Source: an uncultured Gammaproteobacteria bacterium
GTDB lineage: Bacteria; Pseudomonadota; Gammaproteobacteria; Steroidobacterales; Steroidobacteraceae
NCBI GenBank assembly: GCA_963761345.1
Contig: CAVXGV010000007.1
Location: 115,346 to 179,345, forward strand
Reading direction: 5' to 3'
Length of the DNA: 64,000 bases
Part shown: positions 31,320 through 42,702 of the stretch, piece by piece
Layout of the letters: every line of letters begins with the position of its first letter
How positions within the stretch are numbered: the first letter of the stretch is position 1
The notes under the pieces: model-generated
What the model saw: the letters and a program-made list of their open reading frames with translations, nothing else
Told to the model about the DNA's origin: nothing
Databases searched by the model: none
Program-made: the position numbers and the translations under genes

Positions 31320-31434
31320 GATGCAGTTGCATCGTTTTAACCTTGTCCAGTGCCTCTTTGTAGTTAACAAGATGCCATCACATCTTTTTCTTGCTTTGAT
31401 CTGCCTCCGAGTACACAATAGATGCCATTGCATC
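31320..31434. promoter_or_regulatory. Three evenly spaced operator-like palindromes upstream of hipB
   Basis: The sites are GATGCAgtTGCATC (31320-31333, perfect 6+6), GATGCCatCACATC (31371-31384, weaker) and GATGCCatTGCATC (31421-31434). Spacing is 51 and 50 bp. Sites 1 and 3 sit in a 20-nt direct repeat AGATGCnnTTGCATCGTTT. Confidence 0.45.
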
Positions 31435-31447
31435 GTTTGGAGCCGCT

Positions 31448-31732
31448 GTGCTACTCCCCATTCATTCCCCCGAACAGCTCGGGATGCTGATTCGAGCTAC
31501 GCGCCGCACACAGAAACTGCGCATCGACGATACCGCGGGGACCGCCGGCGTCGGGCATGTGTTTGTGCGCGAGGTCGAGCGCGGCAAGTCCACCGTGCAA
31601 CTGGGCCGGGTGATGCAGCTACTCGCGGAACTGGGCATTGAACTCAAAGCAGAAGTGCCGGATGCGGCGCTGCCGGAATTCCAACGCCTGCAATCGATCG
31701 GCCTCAAGCCGCTGAAAATCCGACTTCGATGA
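31448..31732 (+). CDS. hipB: HipB-like XRE-family antitoxin
   Basis: 94 aa with a GTG start and an HTH segment (LIRATRRTQKLRIDDTAGTAGV). Its stop overlaps the hipA start (ATGA). Confidence 0.75.
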   Translation: MLLPIHSPEQLGMLIRATRRTQKLRIDDTAGTAGVGHVFVREVERGKSTVQLGRVMQLLAELGIELKAEVPDAALPEFQRLQSIGLKPLKIRLR

Positions 31733-33063
31733 GAGAAAGAGAATTGCTGGTCAGCGTCAATGAGCAACTTGTGGGCTCATTGCGCGAAGGCAATGATTTG
31801 TGGACGTTCGAATATTCCGCGGACTGGGCGGCATCGCCGGCGAGTTTCGATCTATCGCCTGCGCTCCGTCGAGAACAGCGGATGCATGTCGATGGCGCAT
31901 CGAGCCGTCCGGTGCAGTGGTATTTCGACAATCTGCTGCCCGAAGAAGCGATGCGCACCACGCTGGCGAGAGAAGCTGATCTCTCGGCGGAGGATGCCTT
32001 CGGGTTGCTCGGATACTTTGGCGCGGAGTCGGCAGGCTCATTGGTGCTGACAGAACTCGCCCATCCACGGTCCACCGAGCGCGGGCTCAAAAAACTACCC
32101 TTTGTAGAACTCAGTCAACGCATCACGAATCTGTCGCGCGCATCGCTCACCCAGGGCGCGCCGAAGAAAATGTCGCTGGCAGGCGCGCAACATAAATTGC
32201 TGGTGGTGCTCAAGGACGGGCAGTTGTTCGAGCCGCTGACAGGAACTCCTTCGACACACATACTCAAACCAAACCACTTGGATTCCGAGTATCCCGCCTC
32301 GGTAATCAACGAGTATTTTTGCATGCGCCTCGCCAAAATGGTGGGGCTGACCGTGCCTGAGGTCTGGAAAATGCGCGTGCCGCAGCCGGTATACATCGTC
32401 GAGCGTTTCGATCGCATTCGCACGCCCGGGGCATTGCCGGTACAACGCCGACACACGATCGATGCCTGCCAGCTCTTGAACAAAGCGCGCACCTTCAAAT
32501 ACACGGCCGCGCAAGCGACGACGTTGGCGCAGGCCGCCGAGCAGTGCCGCGAGAAAGCCGCGGCACGCCTACAGATGTTCAATTGGCTGCTGTTCAACGT
32601 TTTCGTCGGCAACGGCGACAATCACCTGAAGAATATGTCCTTCATCGTCGATGCCTACGGAGTTCACATCGCGCCGGCGTACGATCTGCTGTGCACCGCC
32701 GCCTACGATACCAAAGCCTTGGCCGGCGAGAAGGCGCATTGGCCGCAATCCCCGCTCGCCATACCTCTGGGCGAGGCGGCCACTTTTGCCGAAGTGCGCC
32801 CCTCGCACGTGATCGAGGCCGCGCGCTCGCTCGGGATTGCTGCGGCCACCGCGCAGCGAAACTTCGATCGCATGCGAAGAATCATACTTGGCGAAGCCGA
32901 TCGCCTCATCGAGCAGATTGAGTACGAAAACGCGCAAGGCTCGGACCAAACAGTATCCGGTGGCAATGAAAATATGCTCAAGGCCGCCATGGCGGCGGAG
33001 ATTCGCGTGCTCAATGTCGTGCGCCACATCGTCCTCAAGGACATGGTGAAGCAACTTTCTTGA
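31729..33063 (+). CDS. hipA: HipA-family type II toxin Ser/Thr kinase
   Basis: 444 aa. Motifs are YFDNLLPEE, SLAGAQHKLLVV, HILKPN, ERFDR and GNGDNHLKNMSF. Confidence 0.9.
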   Translation: MRERELLVSVNEQLVGSLREGNDLWTFEYSADWAASPASFDLSPALRREQRMHVDGASSRPVQWYFDNLLPEEAMRTTLAREADLSAEDAFGLLGYFGAESAGSLVLTELAHPRSTERGLKKLPFVELSQRITNLSRASLTQGAPKKMSLAGAQHKLLVVLKDGQLFEPLTGTPSTHILKPNHLDSEYPASVINEYFCMRLAKMVGLTVPEVWKMRVPQPVYIVERFDRIRTPGALPVQRRHTIDACQLLNKARTFKYTAAQATTLAQAAEQCREKAAARLQMFNWLLFNVFVGNGDNHLKNMSFIVDAYGVHIAPAYDLLCTAAYDTKALAGEKAHWPQSPLAIPLGEAATFAEVRPSHVIEAARSLGIAAATAQRNFDRMRRIILGEADRLIEQIEYENAQGSDQTVSGGNENMLKAAMAAEIRVLNVVRHIVLKDMVKQLS

Positions 33064-33130
33064 ACCGCGGCGGGCGAGCCTCGGCGGGTGGCCGCTGATG
33101 GCCGGCGGCTGACGAATAACGAGCCGCGAC

Positions 33131-33190
33131 CTGCGGGCCTACGAGCTGCGGGCCTACGAGCTGCGGGGCTACGAGCTGCGGGGCTACGAC
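33131..33190. repeat. 15-bp tandem repeat x4 (CTGCGGGCCTACGAG)
   Basis: Four head-to-tail copies at 33131, 33146, 33161 and 33176. Copies 3-4 carry C->G, and copy 4 ends gac. They lie between the convergent hipA and OMF genes. Confidence 0.9.
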
Positions 33191-33200
33191 TGAGGCCCGC

Positions 33201-34640
33201 CTACTTGGCCGTCGCCATGGAGGCGTCCCAGCCGCCGCCCAGCGCTTCGATCAATGCCACGCTGGCCTGCAGCCGGGAAGACAGCACCTGCAGTGCGGTT
33301 TCCTCGGCACTCAAGCGGGTGGTCTGCGCGGTGATGACGCTGCTGTAGGGAACCGTGCCGGCCTTGTATTGATTGAGCGTCAGGGCTTCGGCTTCGCGCG
33401 CCTTTTTGACGGTTTCATCCTCGATCACACCCTGCTGCTCCAGCACACGCAGGGTGACGATTTCATCCTCGACCTGTTGAAAGCTCGTGAGCACGGTTTG
33501 CCGGTAGCTGTCGACGGTGCCCTCGTAGGCCGCGCGCGCGCCGCGTACCTGCGCCCGCACCAGTCCGCCGTCGAACAGCGTTTCCGCCAGCGTCGGGCCC
33601 GCCGCCCAGATGCGATGGGGCAATTGAATCAGGTGGCTCAAGGCACTGTTCGAGTATTGATTTTGACCGTTCAAGGTCAGGTCCGGAAAGTAGCCCGCCT
33701 TGGTAACGCCGATTTGCGCATTGGCCGCCGCCATTTTGCGCTCCGCCTCCGCCACGTCGGGCCGCCGCTGCAGCAGGGCGGATGGCACCCCCGCCGGAAC
33801 GGTGGGTACGTCGCTGCGTATCCCCTGGGGCTCGAGGGAAAATGCCGCCGGCTGCTTGCCGATCAAAACCGCCACGGCATGCTCGAGGATGGCGCGCTGG
33901 ATCTTGGCGTTGACCTGCTGCGCGTGGCTGGAGAGCAGCTGCGTTTCGGCCGTGACCACATCGGCACGCGCAGCGACGCCGAATTTATAGCGGCTCTCCG
34001 TGATGTGCAGCGACAGCGTTTCCGCCTCGACCGTATCGTCGAGCAGCTTTTGCAATTGATCCTGGGCGCGCAGCTCGAAATAATCGGTCGCGAGTTCAGC
34101 CTGCGCGGACAGTCGCGCGGCCGCCAGTGCCGCGGAACTAGCCTGGGCCGAGGCGATATTGCTCTCCGTGCTGCGGCGGATCCGGCCCCAGATGTCGAGA
34201 TCCCAGTTGGCGGAGATGCCGGTGGTAAAGGTATTCGAGGTGTGCGACCTGCTGCCGGTAGAGAGGCCGACGCCGTTGGTGACGACCTGGGATCCGCCTT
34301 GACGCTCTACGCCGAAACTCGCGGTAAGGGTGGGCCAAAATCCTGCCTGGGCCTGCGCCACCAGGGCTCTGGACTGCTCGAAGGCGGCCTCCGCCGCCCT
34401 CACGTTTTGGTTGGAAATCTCGATCTGAGCTTCCAGCGCATCGAGCGCATCGTCATGGAAAATCTTCCACCAGGGCCCGCGCGACAGCACGTCGTTGGGC
34501 TCGCTGGGTTTCCAATCCCCCGCTTCCTTGTACGTGTCCGTCGTGGCAACCGGGGGCCGATGATAATCAGGGCCGACCGCGCAGGCGGCCGCGAGCGCGC
34601 TCGCAGCGGCCACACAAAATCCTCGCAACAGGGAGTTCAT
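33201..34640 (-). CDS. RND efflux outer-membrane factor lipoprotein (NodT family)
   Basis: The ATG at 34640 overlaps the upstream stop (TGATG). It has a lipobox LAAC followed by AVGPDYHRPP. 479 aa. The upstream extension of ORF 33201..34742 is discarded. Confidence 0.88.
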   Translation of the reverse strand: MNSLLRGFCVAAASALAAACAVGPDYHRPPVATTDTYKEAGDWKPSEPNDVLSRGPWWKIFHDDALDALEAQIEISNQNVRAAEAAFEQSRALVAQAQAGFWPTLTASFGVERQGGSQVVTNGVGLSTGSRSHTSNTFTTGISANWDLDIWGRIRRSTESNIASAQASSAALAAARLSAQAELATDYFELRAQDQLQKLLDDTVEAETLSLHITESRYKFGVAARADVVTAETQLLSSHAQQVNAKIQRAILEHAVAVLIGKQPAAFSLEPQGIRSDVPTVPAGVPSALLQRRPDVAEAERKMAAANAQIGVTKAGYFPDLTLNGQNQYSNSALSHLIQLPHRIWAAGPTLAETLFDGGLVRAQVRGARAAYEGTVDSYRQTVLTSFQQVEDEIVTLRVLEQQGVIEDETVKKAREAEALTLNQYKAGTVPYSSVITAQTTRLSAEETALQVLSSRLQASVALIEALGGGWDASMATAK

Positions 34641-37600
34641 CAGGCGCCCGCTCCGAGGGGATCGAGACCGCTTCCACTGTGTTCCGGGCCTAATCTGGGC
34701 CGCGGCGGTGCGGAGTACTTGCCGTCTTTCAGGTGCTTCCAATAGCGGTGCACATACAAGTAGACCACAGGGGTCGTATAGACGGTCAGCAGCTGACTCA
34801 CGATCAGTCCGCCGACGATGGCGATCCCCAAGGGGCGGCGCATCTCGGTGCCGTCGCCGGTGGCGAGCGCCAGCGGCAGGGCGCCGGCAATGGCCGCGCA
34901 GGTCGTCATCATGATGGGCCTGAAACGCAGTGAGCAGGCATGCGCGATTGCAGCCTTAGGATCCATGCCGAGAGTGCGCTCGGCTTCGAGCGCAAAGTCG
35001 ACCATCATGATGGCATTTTTCTTCACGATGCCGATCAATAGAAGGATGCCCAGAAATGCGATGAGGCTGAATTCGGTCCTGGTCGCCATCAATGCCAGGA
35101 GTGCGCCGATACCCGCCGACGGCAGCGTCGACAGAATGGTCAGCGGCTGGCTGTAGCTCTCGTACAGTACGCCCAAGACGACGTAGATGGCGGCCAATGC
35201 CGCCAGCAACATCAACGGCGTGTTGGAGTTGCTCTGCTGAAACAGCCGCGCCGTGCCGTAGGCGCCGCCGCGAATGCCGATCGGCACGTGGATCTCGGTC
35301 ATCTTTTTCGCGATGGCGTTCTGAGCCGTGCCGATGGAGACGCCCTCCGCCAGATTGTAGGCGATGGACGTGGAAACCGACGTGCCGGTGTGATTCACCG
35401 ACACCGGCGTAGTCCCGGTGGTGAAATGGCTGAATGCCGAATACGGCACCATGGTCTCCGGCGCCACGCTGACGGCCGACCCGGTGGACGTGTTGCCGCG
35501 GCCGGCGTTCGCCAACGAGTTCAACGATAGATTGCGCGCCACATCTTCTGCCACGGACGTGCTGGATGCGGCGCTCCTGGGCTTGAGCACCGTGGTTCCG
35601 GCCACCGCCTGGGTCAGCTGCGTGCCGGAAGCCGTACCACCCGAGGTGCTCACGTACAGTTCCCGGAGAATCTCGGGGTTCTGCCAAAACTGCGGAGCGA
35701 CTTCCATGACCACGTGATATTGCTGCGGACTGAAGGGATTGTAGATGGTTGAAACCTGCGCCTGGGCAAAGGCATCTCCCAGCGCATTGTCGATTTGGAT
35801 TTCAGTCAACCCCAAGCGCGACGCGCTGTCCCGATCCACGATCAGGTCGGTCTCCAGGCCGCCGGGCTGCAAGTCCGTATCCACGTCGGTGATCTCAGGA
35901 ATGTCCTGGAGCGCAAGCCGCAGCTTCTGCGCCCAGGTGCGCACCTCCGACAGGTCATCGCCGAGCAACGTGTATTGATATTCGGCGTTGGCGGACCGGC
36001 CGCCGCCGCCGCCGATGTCCTGCACCGCCTGCAGGAAGGTGGATACTCCCGCGACCCCGGCCAGTTTGGGCCGCAATCGCGCAATGACCAGGTCCGCGGA
36101 AATATTCCTCTCCTTCAACGGTTTGAGAGCGATGGTGATGTTGGCATTGGCACTGCCGCCCCCGGGACCGAATCCCCCGGCACCCACGGAGCCGGTCACG
36201 GTGTCGACCGCGGGATCCGCCTGGATGATGGCAGCCACTTCCTGCAGCTTGCCTTTCATCAATTGAAAGGAACTCGATGCATCGCCACGGATGCCTCCCC
36301 GCAATTGCCCCGTGTCCTGCTGCGGAAAGAATCCCTTCGGAATGGAGATATAGAGGTACACGTTGAGCGCAATGGTCGTGAGCAACAGCGTCAACACGAT
36401 GCGCCGATGGTTCAGCGCCCAGTCGAGCGTCGACTCATAGTCGCGTCGAAACCGCTCGAAAGCCCGCTCGAACGCCGTGCCGAGTTTCGAGGATTTATGA
36501 TCCCGTTTGCCTTGCAGCAGCAGCGAACACATCATGGGTGTCGTGGTGAGCGAAATCACCAGCGAAATGAGGATGGACACCGACAGTGTGACGGTGAATT
36601 CACGAAAAATACGCCCGACGATGCCGCCCGCAAACATGAACGGAATGAACACCGCAACCAGCGAGAGGCTCATCGACACGACGGTGAAACCGACTTCCTG
36701 TGCGCCCAGCAACGCGGCCCGGGTGCGCGTCATGCCTTCTTCCATATGCCGGGTGGTGTTTTCCATGACGACGATGGCATCGTCGACCACGAACCCGGTC
36801 GCGACGGTGAGCGCCATCAGGGAAAAGTTATCCAGCGTGTAACCCAGCAGATACATGGCGCCGAACGTACCGATCAGCGAAACCGGCACCACCATTGCGG
36901 GAATCAGCGCGGCGCGATAGCTGTTCAGGAAAATGTAGACCACCAGGATCACCATGGCCACGGCCAGCATCAGCGTCTGCTCGACCTGGCGCAGAGACGC
37001 GCGGATGGTGACGGAGCGGTCGAAGTTCACCACCAGGTCGATCTTGGGGTCGATCGAAGTCTTCAGAGCCGGCAACTCGGCTTTTACCGCATCGATGGTT
37101 TCGATGATATTGGCGCCGGGCTGCAGATATACCGTCACGAACACGGCCGGTCTGCCGTTGTACAGCCCGTAGGTACGGATGTTCTCGGTGGCGCCGTCCT
37201 GGCTGTCGAGCACGGTCGCGACATCACCCAGGCGCACCGGCGCTCCATTGCGATTGGCAATGATCAGGCTGCGGTAGGGTTCGGCATCGCGCGCATTGTC
37301 GTTGGTGTAGATCTGGAAGTGCAGGTCATCCGACTCGATCGCGCCCTTCGGCGCGTTGGCGTTCGAATTCGATATGGCGGCGCGCACATCCTGCAGGCCG
37401 ATGCCGTATTTCGACAACGACAAGGGATTGATTTCCACGCGCACGGCCGGCAGGGCGCTGCCGTTGACATTGACTCCGCCGACGCCGGCGATCTGCGAGA
37501 GCCGCTGCGAAATCACGGCATCGGCGGCATCGTAGATCTGTCCCTGCGTGAGCACATCGGAGGTCATCGCAATGGACATCACCGGAAAGGCCGATGTGTT

Positions 37601-37996
37601 GAGCTTGCGATAGGTGGGATTGCGGGTCAGCGAAGTGGGCAGGTCTGCGTGCGAAGCCGAAATGGCCGCCTGCACGTCGCGCGCCGCGCCGTCGATGTCG
37701 CGATCGACGCCGAAGGTGAGTTGAATGTTCGACGTGCCCACGCTGCTCGTGGACGTCATGTCGTCCACATCGGAAATGGCGCCAAGATGGCGTTCCAGGG
37801 GTGTGGCCACCGTGCTCGCCATGACTTCCGGGCTGGCGCCCGGCAGTTGCGCCGACACGAATATTGCCGGCACGTCGATGCGCGGCAGCGGTGCGACCGG
37901 CAGCAGGATGAAAGCCACCCCGCCGCACAATGCCACGCCCACCGTCAACAGCGTGGTCGCAACCGGGCGCTTGATGAAGGGCGCGGAGATGTTCAC
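34640..37996 (-). CDS. mdtC: RND inner-membrane permease, MdtC-like, with an extra low-complexity periplasmic insert
   Basis: 1118 aa with an AcrB/MdtC-type sequence throughout. About 60 aa of extra Ser/Thr/Ala/Gly-rich sequence (roughly nt 35461-35640) precede the conserved MVPYSAF block. ATGA overlap with the MdtB-like gene. Confidence 0.8.
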   Translation of the reverse strand: MNISAPFIKRPVATTLLTVGVALCGGVAFILLPVAPLPRIDVPAIFVSAQLPGASPEVMASTVATPLERHLGAISDVDDMTSTSSVGTSNIQLTFGVDRDIDGAARDVQAAISASHADLPTSLTRNPTYRKLNTSAFPVMSIAMTSDVLTQGQIYDAADAVISQRLSQIAGVGGVNVNGSALPAVRVEINPLSLSKYGIGLQDVRAAISNSNANAPKGAIESDDLHFQIYTNDNARDAEPYRSLIIANRNGAPVRLGDVATVLDSQDGATENIRTYGLYNGRPAVFVTVYLQPGANIIETIDAVKAELPALKTSIDPKIDLVVNFDRSVTIRASLRQVEQTLMLAVAMVILVVYIFLNSYRAALIPAMVVPVSLIGTFGAMYLLGYTLDNFSLMALTVATGFVVDDAIVVMENTTRHMEEGMTRTRAALLGAQEVGFTVVSMSLSLVAVFIPFMFAGGIVGRIFREFTVTLSVSILISLVISLTTTPMMCSLLLQGKRDHKSSKLGTAFERAFERFRRDYESTLDWALNHRRIVLTLLLTTIALNVYLYISIPKGFFPQQDTGQLRGGIRGDASSSFQLMKGKLQEVAAIIQADPAVDTVTGSVGAGGFGPGGGSANANITIALKPLKERNISADLVIARLRPKLAGVAGVSTFLQAVQDIGGGGGRSANAEYQYTLLGDDLSEVRTWAQKLRLALQDIPEITDVDTDLQPGGLETDLIVDRDSASRLGLTEIQIDNALGDAFAQAQVSTIYNPFSPQQYHVVMEVAPQFWQNPEILRELYVSTSGGTASGTQLTQAVAGTTVLKPRSAASSTSVAEDVARNLSLNSLANAGRGNTSTGSAVSVAPETMVPYSAFSHFTTGTTPVSVNHTGTSVSTSIAYNLAEGVSIGTAQNAIAKKMTEIHVPIGIRGGAYGTARLFQQSNSNTPLMLLAALAAIYVVLGVLYESYSQPLTILSTLPSAGIGALLALMATRTEFSLIAFLGILLLIGIVKKNAIMMVDFALEAERTLGMDPKAAIAHACSLRFRPIMMTTCAAIAGALPLALATGDGTEMRRPLGIAIVGGLIVSQLLTVYTTPVVYLYVHRYWKHLKDGKYSAPPRPRLGPEHSGSGLDPLGAGA

Positions 37997-40900
37997 GGCG
38001 CAGCTTCCGGCAAGGGTGCACCGGGCGCGGCCGCCGAAGAAGCGCCGCGCATGCGCGCCGCGACGCGGTCGAACGCCAGATAGATCACCGGCGTCGTGAA
38101 CAGCGTCAGGACCTGGCTCACCAAAAGACCCCCGACGATGCTCACGCCCAGGGGATGGCGCAGTTCTGAACCCGTCCCCGCGCCGAACATGAGCGGCAGC
38201 GCGCCGAAGATGGCGGCGACCGTCGTCATGAGAATCGGCCGGAACCGCAGCAGGCAGGCTTGGTATATCGCCTCGCGCGGCGTCAGGCCTTCATCGCGCT
38301 GCGCGACGACCGCGAAATCGATCATCAAAATGGCGTTCTTTTTCACGATGCCGATCAGCAGGATGATGCCGATCAAGGCGATGATGGTCAGGTCGTCGCC
38401 GAATGACATGAGCGCCAGCAATGCGCCGATACCCGCCGAGGGCAGGGTCGACAGAATGGTGATGGGGTGAATGAAACTCTCATACAGAACGCCGAGCACG
38501 ATGTACATCACCAGAACGGCGGCCACCAAAAGCAGCAGCTCGTTGCTCAGATTGCTGCGAAAGGCCAGCGCGGCGCCCTGGAACGTGGTGTGGATGCTGG
38601 CCGGCATTCCCAGGGTGCGTTCGACGCCTTCGATGGCGGTGACGGCGCCGCCCAGCGATGCGCCCGGCGCCAGATTGAAGGAAACGGTGGTGGCGGGAAA
38701 TTGCGCCAGATGATTGATGAGGATGGGGCGGGTCTGGATTTCCACTTTGGCAATCGCCGACAGCGGCACTTGACCGCCGCCCGCGGAAGGCACGTAGATG
38801 GACGCCAGAGAGTCCACTGATCGGTACGAATCAGGATCCGCCTCCATGATGACCCGGTATTGATTCGACTGGGTGAAGATGGTGGAAACGATGCGCTGGC
38901 CGAAGGCGTCGTAAAGTGCGTTATCGACGGTACCGACGCTGATCCCCAAGCGCGCGGCGCTGTCGCGATCGATGGTGACGAAGGCGGCGAGGCCGTTGTC
39001 CTCCTGATTGCTGACCACATCCGCCAGCTCCGGCAGCTTGCTCAGCGCCGTCACCAGCTTCGGCGCCCACATGGACAAGGCCGTTGCATCGGCGCTTTCC
39101 AAGGTAAATTGATACTGGGTGCGGCTGATGGTGTTGTCGAGCGTCAAGTCCTGCACCGGCTGCATGTACACGGTGATGCCCGTGACATCCGCGGTCTCAT
39201 CGCGCAGCCGGCGGATGACGTCGGCGACCGTCGCGGAACGGTCTGCGCGCGGCTTCAAATTGATCAAGAATCGGCCGCTGTTCAAGGTCACGTTGTTGCC
39301 GTCGACGCCGATGAAGGAGGACAGGCTCACCACATCGGGGTCCTTGAGGATGGCGGCGGCCAGCGCCTGCTGGCGGCCGGCCATGGCGCCATAGGAGATG
39401 GATTCCGTCGCCTCCGAAACCCCTTGAATCAAACCGGTGTCCTGATCGGGAAAGAATCCCTTCGGGATCAGCACGTAGAGCAGGGCGGTGAGGACCAGCG
39501 TTCCGAGAGCCACCCACAATGTCAATCGTTGATGATCGAGCACCCAGGCCAGCCTGCGCCCATACCAGTCGACCAGCGCCGTAAACCATTTTCCCGACTC
39601 GGTCTGCGCGTGAGCACCCGGTGGCCGGTGCTTGAGCAGCTTCGCACACATCATGGGCACCAGCGTCAGGGAGACCACGGCGGAAATCAAAATCGTCACC
39701 GCCAGCGTGACGGCAAACTCGCGAAACAACCGGCCGACCACGTCCTGCATGAACAGCAGCGGAATGAGCACCGCGATCAACGAGACCGTCAGTGAAATGA
39801 TGGTGAAACCGATTTGTCCGGCGCCTTTGAGCGCCGCCTCGAGCGGCGGCTCGCCGGCCTCGATGTAGCGCGAAATATTTTCGATCATCACGATGGCATC
39901 GTCGACCACGAATCCGGTGGCAATCGTCAAGGCCATCAAAGACAGGTTGTTGAGACTGAAATGGGCCAGGTACATCACGGCAAAGGTTCCGATGAGCGAG
40001 AGCGGAACGGACAGGCTGGGAATGATGGTGGCCGGGATATTGCGCAGAAACAGCCAGATCACCAGCACCACCAAGACCACCGCGAGCGCAAGTTCGAATT
40101 CGACGTCCTGGACGGATGCCCGGATGGTGGTGGTGCGATCGGTGAGGAGCACGACGTCCACCCCGGCGGGCATGTCCGCCTGCAGCGCCGGCAGCATGGC
40201 ATGGATCCGGTCGACGACGTCGACGACGTTCGCGCCGGGCTGGCGCTGTACGTTGAGGATCAGCGCCGGGACGGAGTTCATCCAGCCGCCGAGTTTGGAA
40301 TTTTCCGCCCCCGAAACCAGCGTGGCGACGTCCTTCAGGCGTACCGGCGCGCCGTTCTTGTAAGCCACGACGACATTGGCGTAATCCCCGGCGCTTCTGA
40401 TCTGATCGTTGGTGTTGACCGTGTATGCATTGACAGGCCCGTCGAGCGTGCCCTTCGGACCGTTCTGATTGGCGTTGTTGATGGTGGTGCGCAGGTCATC
40501 CAGATTTATGCCATAGGCCGCCATGGCACGGGGATTTGCCACCACCCGCACCGCCGGTCTTTGGCCGCCGCTGATGCTGACCACACCCACGCCCTTGACC
40601 TGTGAAATCTTTTGCGCGATACGCGTGTCGACCAGATCCTCGACGTCGGTGAGCGCCATCGTTTTCGAGGTAATCCCCAGGATCAGCACCGGCGCGTCGG
40701 CGGGATTGACCTTGGCGTAAATCGGCGGTGCCGGCAGATCCTGCGGCAGCAGATTTTGACCGGCACTGATGGCCGCCTGCACTTCTTGTTCGGCCACGTC
40801 GATGGCGAGCGCCAGGGTGAACTGCAGGGTGATGACCGACGCGCCGGCCGAACTCGTCGAAGACATCTGGCTCAAGCCCGGCATCTGGCCAAACTGTTTT

Positions 40901-41103
40901 TCCAACGGCGCCGTAATGGCAGAGGTGATCACCTCGGGACTCGCGCCGGGATAAAAGGTCTGTACTTGGATGGTGGGATAGGCGACTTCCGGCAGTGCGG
41001 ACAAGGGCAGTTGCAGATAGGCCATCGCGCCGACGATCAATATGGCCACCATCAAGAGAGTGGTGGCGACGGGCCGCAGGATGAAAATGCGCGAGGGATT
41101 CAT
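37993..41103 (-). CDS. mdtB: RND inner-membrane permease, MdtB-like
   Basis: 1036 aa, N-terminal [21 protein letters not shown]..., full AcrB-family layout. Confidence 0.85.
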   Translation of the reverse strand: MNPSRIFILRPVATTLLMVAILIVGAMAYLQLPLSALPEVAYPTIQVQTFYPGASPEVITSAITAPLEKQFGQMPGLSQMSSTSSAGASVITLQFTLALAIDVAEQEVQAAISAGQNLLPQDLPAPPIYAKVNPADAPVLILGITSKTMALTDVEDLVDTRIAQKISQVKGVGVVSISGGQRPAVRVVANPRAMAAYGINLDDLRTTINNANQNGPKGTLDGPVNAYTVNTNDQIRSAGDYANVVVAYKNGAPVRLKDVATLVSGAENSKLGGWMNSVPALILNVQRQPGANVVDVVDRIHAMLPALQADMPAGVDVVLLTDRTTTIRASVQDVEFELALAVVLVVLVIWLFLRNIPATIIPSLSVPLSLIGTFAVMYLAHFSLNNLSLMALTIATGFVVDDAIVMIENISRYIEAGEPPLEAALKGAGQIGFTIISLTVSLIAVLIPLLFMQDVVGRLFREFAVTLAVTILISAVVSLTLVPMMCAKLLKHRPPGAHAQTESGKWFTALVDWYGRRLAWVLDHQRLTLWVALGTLVLTALLYVLIPKGFFPDQDTGLIQGVSEATESISYGAMAGRQQALAAAILKDPDVVSLSSFIGVDGNNVTLNSGRFLINLKPRADRSATVADVIRRLRDETADVTGITVYMQPVQDLTLDNTISRTQYQFTLESADATALSMWAPKLVTALSKLPELADVVSNQEDNGLAAFVTIDRDSAARLGISVGTVDNALYDAFGQRIVSTIFTQSNQYRVIMEADPDSYRSVDSLASIYVPSAGGGQVPLSAIAKVEIQTRPILINHLAQFPATTVSFNLAPGASLGGAVTAIEGVERTLGMPASIHTTFQGAALAFRSNLSNELLLLVAAVLVMYIVLGVLYESFIHPITILSTLPSAGIGALLALMSFGDDLTIIALIGIILLIGIVKKNAILMIDFAVVAQRDEGLTPREAIYQACLLRFRPILMTTVAAIFGALPLMFGAGTGSELRHPLGVSIVGGLLVSQVLTLFTTPVIYLAFDRVAARMRGASSAAAPGAPLPEAAP

Positions 41104-41130
41104 GCGGCCGGAGTCAAGCCAGCGACGGCA

Positions 41131-42456
41131 TCATTGCGATTGCGGAGGTTTGCCGTTCCCCCGACCGCGCCGCCCGCCCGGTTTGCCGGGAGCGGCCGGC
41201 TTGCCCGCCGGCTGGGCGTCCGCGACAGACGCGGGTGCGGAATTCGGCAATTGAACCGGCGCGCCGTCGCGCAGGCGATCGCCACCCTCCGTCACCACCA
41301 CCTCACCGGCCTTGAGGCCCGCGGTCACCGCAACTTTTTCGCCGTCGACGACACCCAGGGTCACCGGACGGACGGTAACGGTGTTGTCAGGTTTGACGAC
41401 ATAGACGAAAGTCGTGGCGACCCCGTTGGGTGCACCGCGCCGCACCGCCGAGTTCGGCATGATGATCTGGTCGTTCAGGATATTTTGAAGCAGCTGAATA
41501 TTCACGAACTGATTCGGAAACAGGGAATCGTCGGCGTTGGCGAATACCGCGCGCAGCTTGATCGTGCCGGTCGTGATGTCGATCGAATTGTCGACCGTGA
41601 GCAGCTTGCCATCGGCAACTTTCGTCGCGTTGGTGCGATCGTACGCCTCGACGGTGAGCGAGGCGCCCGCATGCAGGCGCTTCATCACGGCGGATACGTT
41701 GTCTTCCGGAATCGAAAAAATGACCGTAATGGGCTGCAGCTGGTTGATGAGCACGATGCCGTTGGCATCCCCCGGCGTCACATAGTTTCCCTGGTCGACC
41801 TGGCGCAAGCCGACGCGTCCCGTCACCGGCGATGTGATGTGCGTGTATGCCAGATTTACCTTGGCGGTGTTCACCTGGCCTTCGTCCGCCTGGATGGTGC
41901 CGGTGTATTGATCGACCAGCGCTCGTTGGGTGTCGAGCTGCTGTGCCGCGATCGAGTCTTCTTTGACCAGTCCCGCGTAACGCTTCAAGTCCAGTATGGC
42001 GTCCGCGAGCAGCGCCTGGTCGCGCTTCAGGTTGCCCTCCATTTGTTGCAAGGCGGCTTCGTATGGGCGCGGATCGATCTGCGCCAGGGGTTGCCCTTCT
42101 CGAACGACCTGGCCTTCGGTGAAGAGAATCTTCTGCAGCGTGCCGGTGATCTGGGTCCTGACCGTGACCGTGGCCAGTGGCGTCACCGTGCCGAGGGCGG
42201 GAATCTTGACTTGGATGTCGCCCGAAACGGCAGTCGCAACCGAGACGGCGACCGGACCGTTCTGGCCATTGCGGCCGCCCGCGACCGGCTGCTTCTGGCG
42301 CAGGTACATCACGAACACAACCATCAGCAGCACGATCACGAGCACGACGAGCAGTGCCTTCCAGTTTCTGACGACGAAAGGCCTCGAATCCCTGGCGGAC
42401 CGAAGCTGCGGAAATTCCTGCTCTTTTATCACTGATTCACCGATAGCGAGCCCCAT
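41131..42456 (-). CDS. mdtA: RND efflux membrane-fusion (periplasmic adaptor) protein, MdtA-like
   Basis: 441 aa with an N-terminal TM anchor, a lipoyl/hairpin region (GQPLAQIDPRPYEAAL) and a Pro/Gly/Arg-rich C-terminal tail. Confidence 0.8.
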   Translation of the reverse strand: MGLAIGESVIKEQEFPQLRSARDSRPFVVRNWKALLVVLVIVLLMVVFVMYLRQKQPVAGGRNGQNGPVAVSVATAVSGDIQVKIPALGTVTPLATVTVRTQITGTLQKILFTEGQVVREGQPLAQIDPRPYEAALQQMEGNLKRDQALLADAILDLKRYAGLVKEDSIAAQQLDTQRALVDQYTGTIQADEGQVNTAKVNLAYTHITSPVTGRVGLRQVDQGNYVTPGDANGIVLINQLQPITVIFSIPEDNVSAVMKRLHAGASLTVEAYDRTNATKVADGKLLTVDNSIDITTGTIKLRAVFANADDSLFPNQFVNIQLLQNILNDQIIMPNSAVRRGAPNGVATTFVYVVKPDNTVTVRPVTLGVVDGEKVAVTAGLKAGEVVVTEGGDRLRDGAPVQLPNSAPASVADAQPAGKPAAPGKPGGRRGRGNGKPPQSQ

Positions 42457-42702
42457 GCCGTGGCACGCACTGCCAATAGATTACTCGGGCGAGCCGCAGA
42501 CTATAACCAGATTCGACTCCGAACTACACCGGCAGCCTGCAGGTAGAGCGCATCTGTGACTCGAAAGTTCGCCGGCCAATGCAAAGTATTGTGAACCGGA
42601 CGTCCGGCCAGGAAGATAAGCGGCGGCCCCCACACCTTGAATGGCGGCTTCGCCCGGCCGCGGGTGTTAGAATTCGCGCCGCACAGACATCAAGGAGCCT
42701 CG

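Noticed and set aside
33088-33348. 86-aa ORF with AGLRAAGLRAAGLR repeats
   Set aside because: It is simply the translation of the 15-bp tandem repeat and then runs antisense into the OMF gene. There is no start context or SD.
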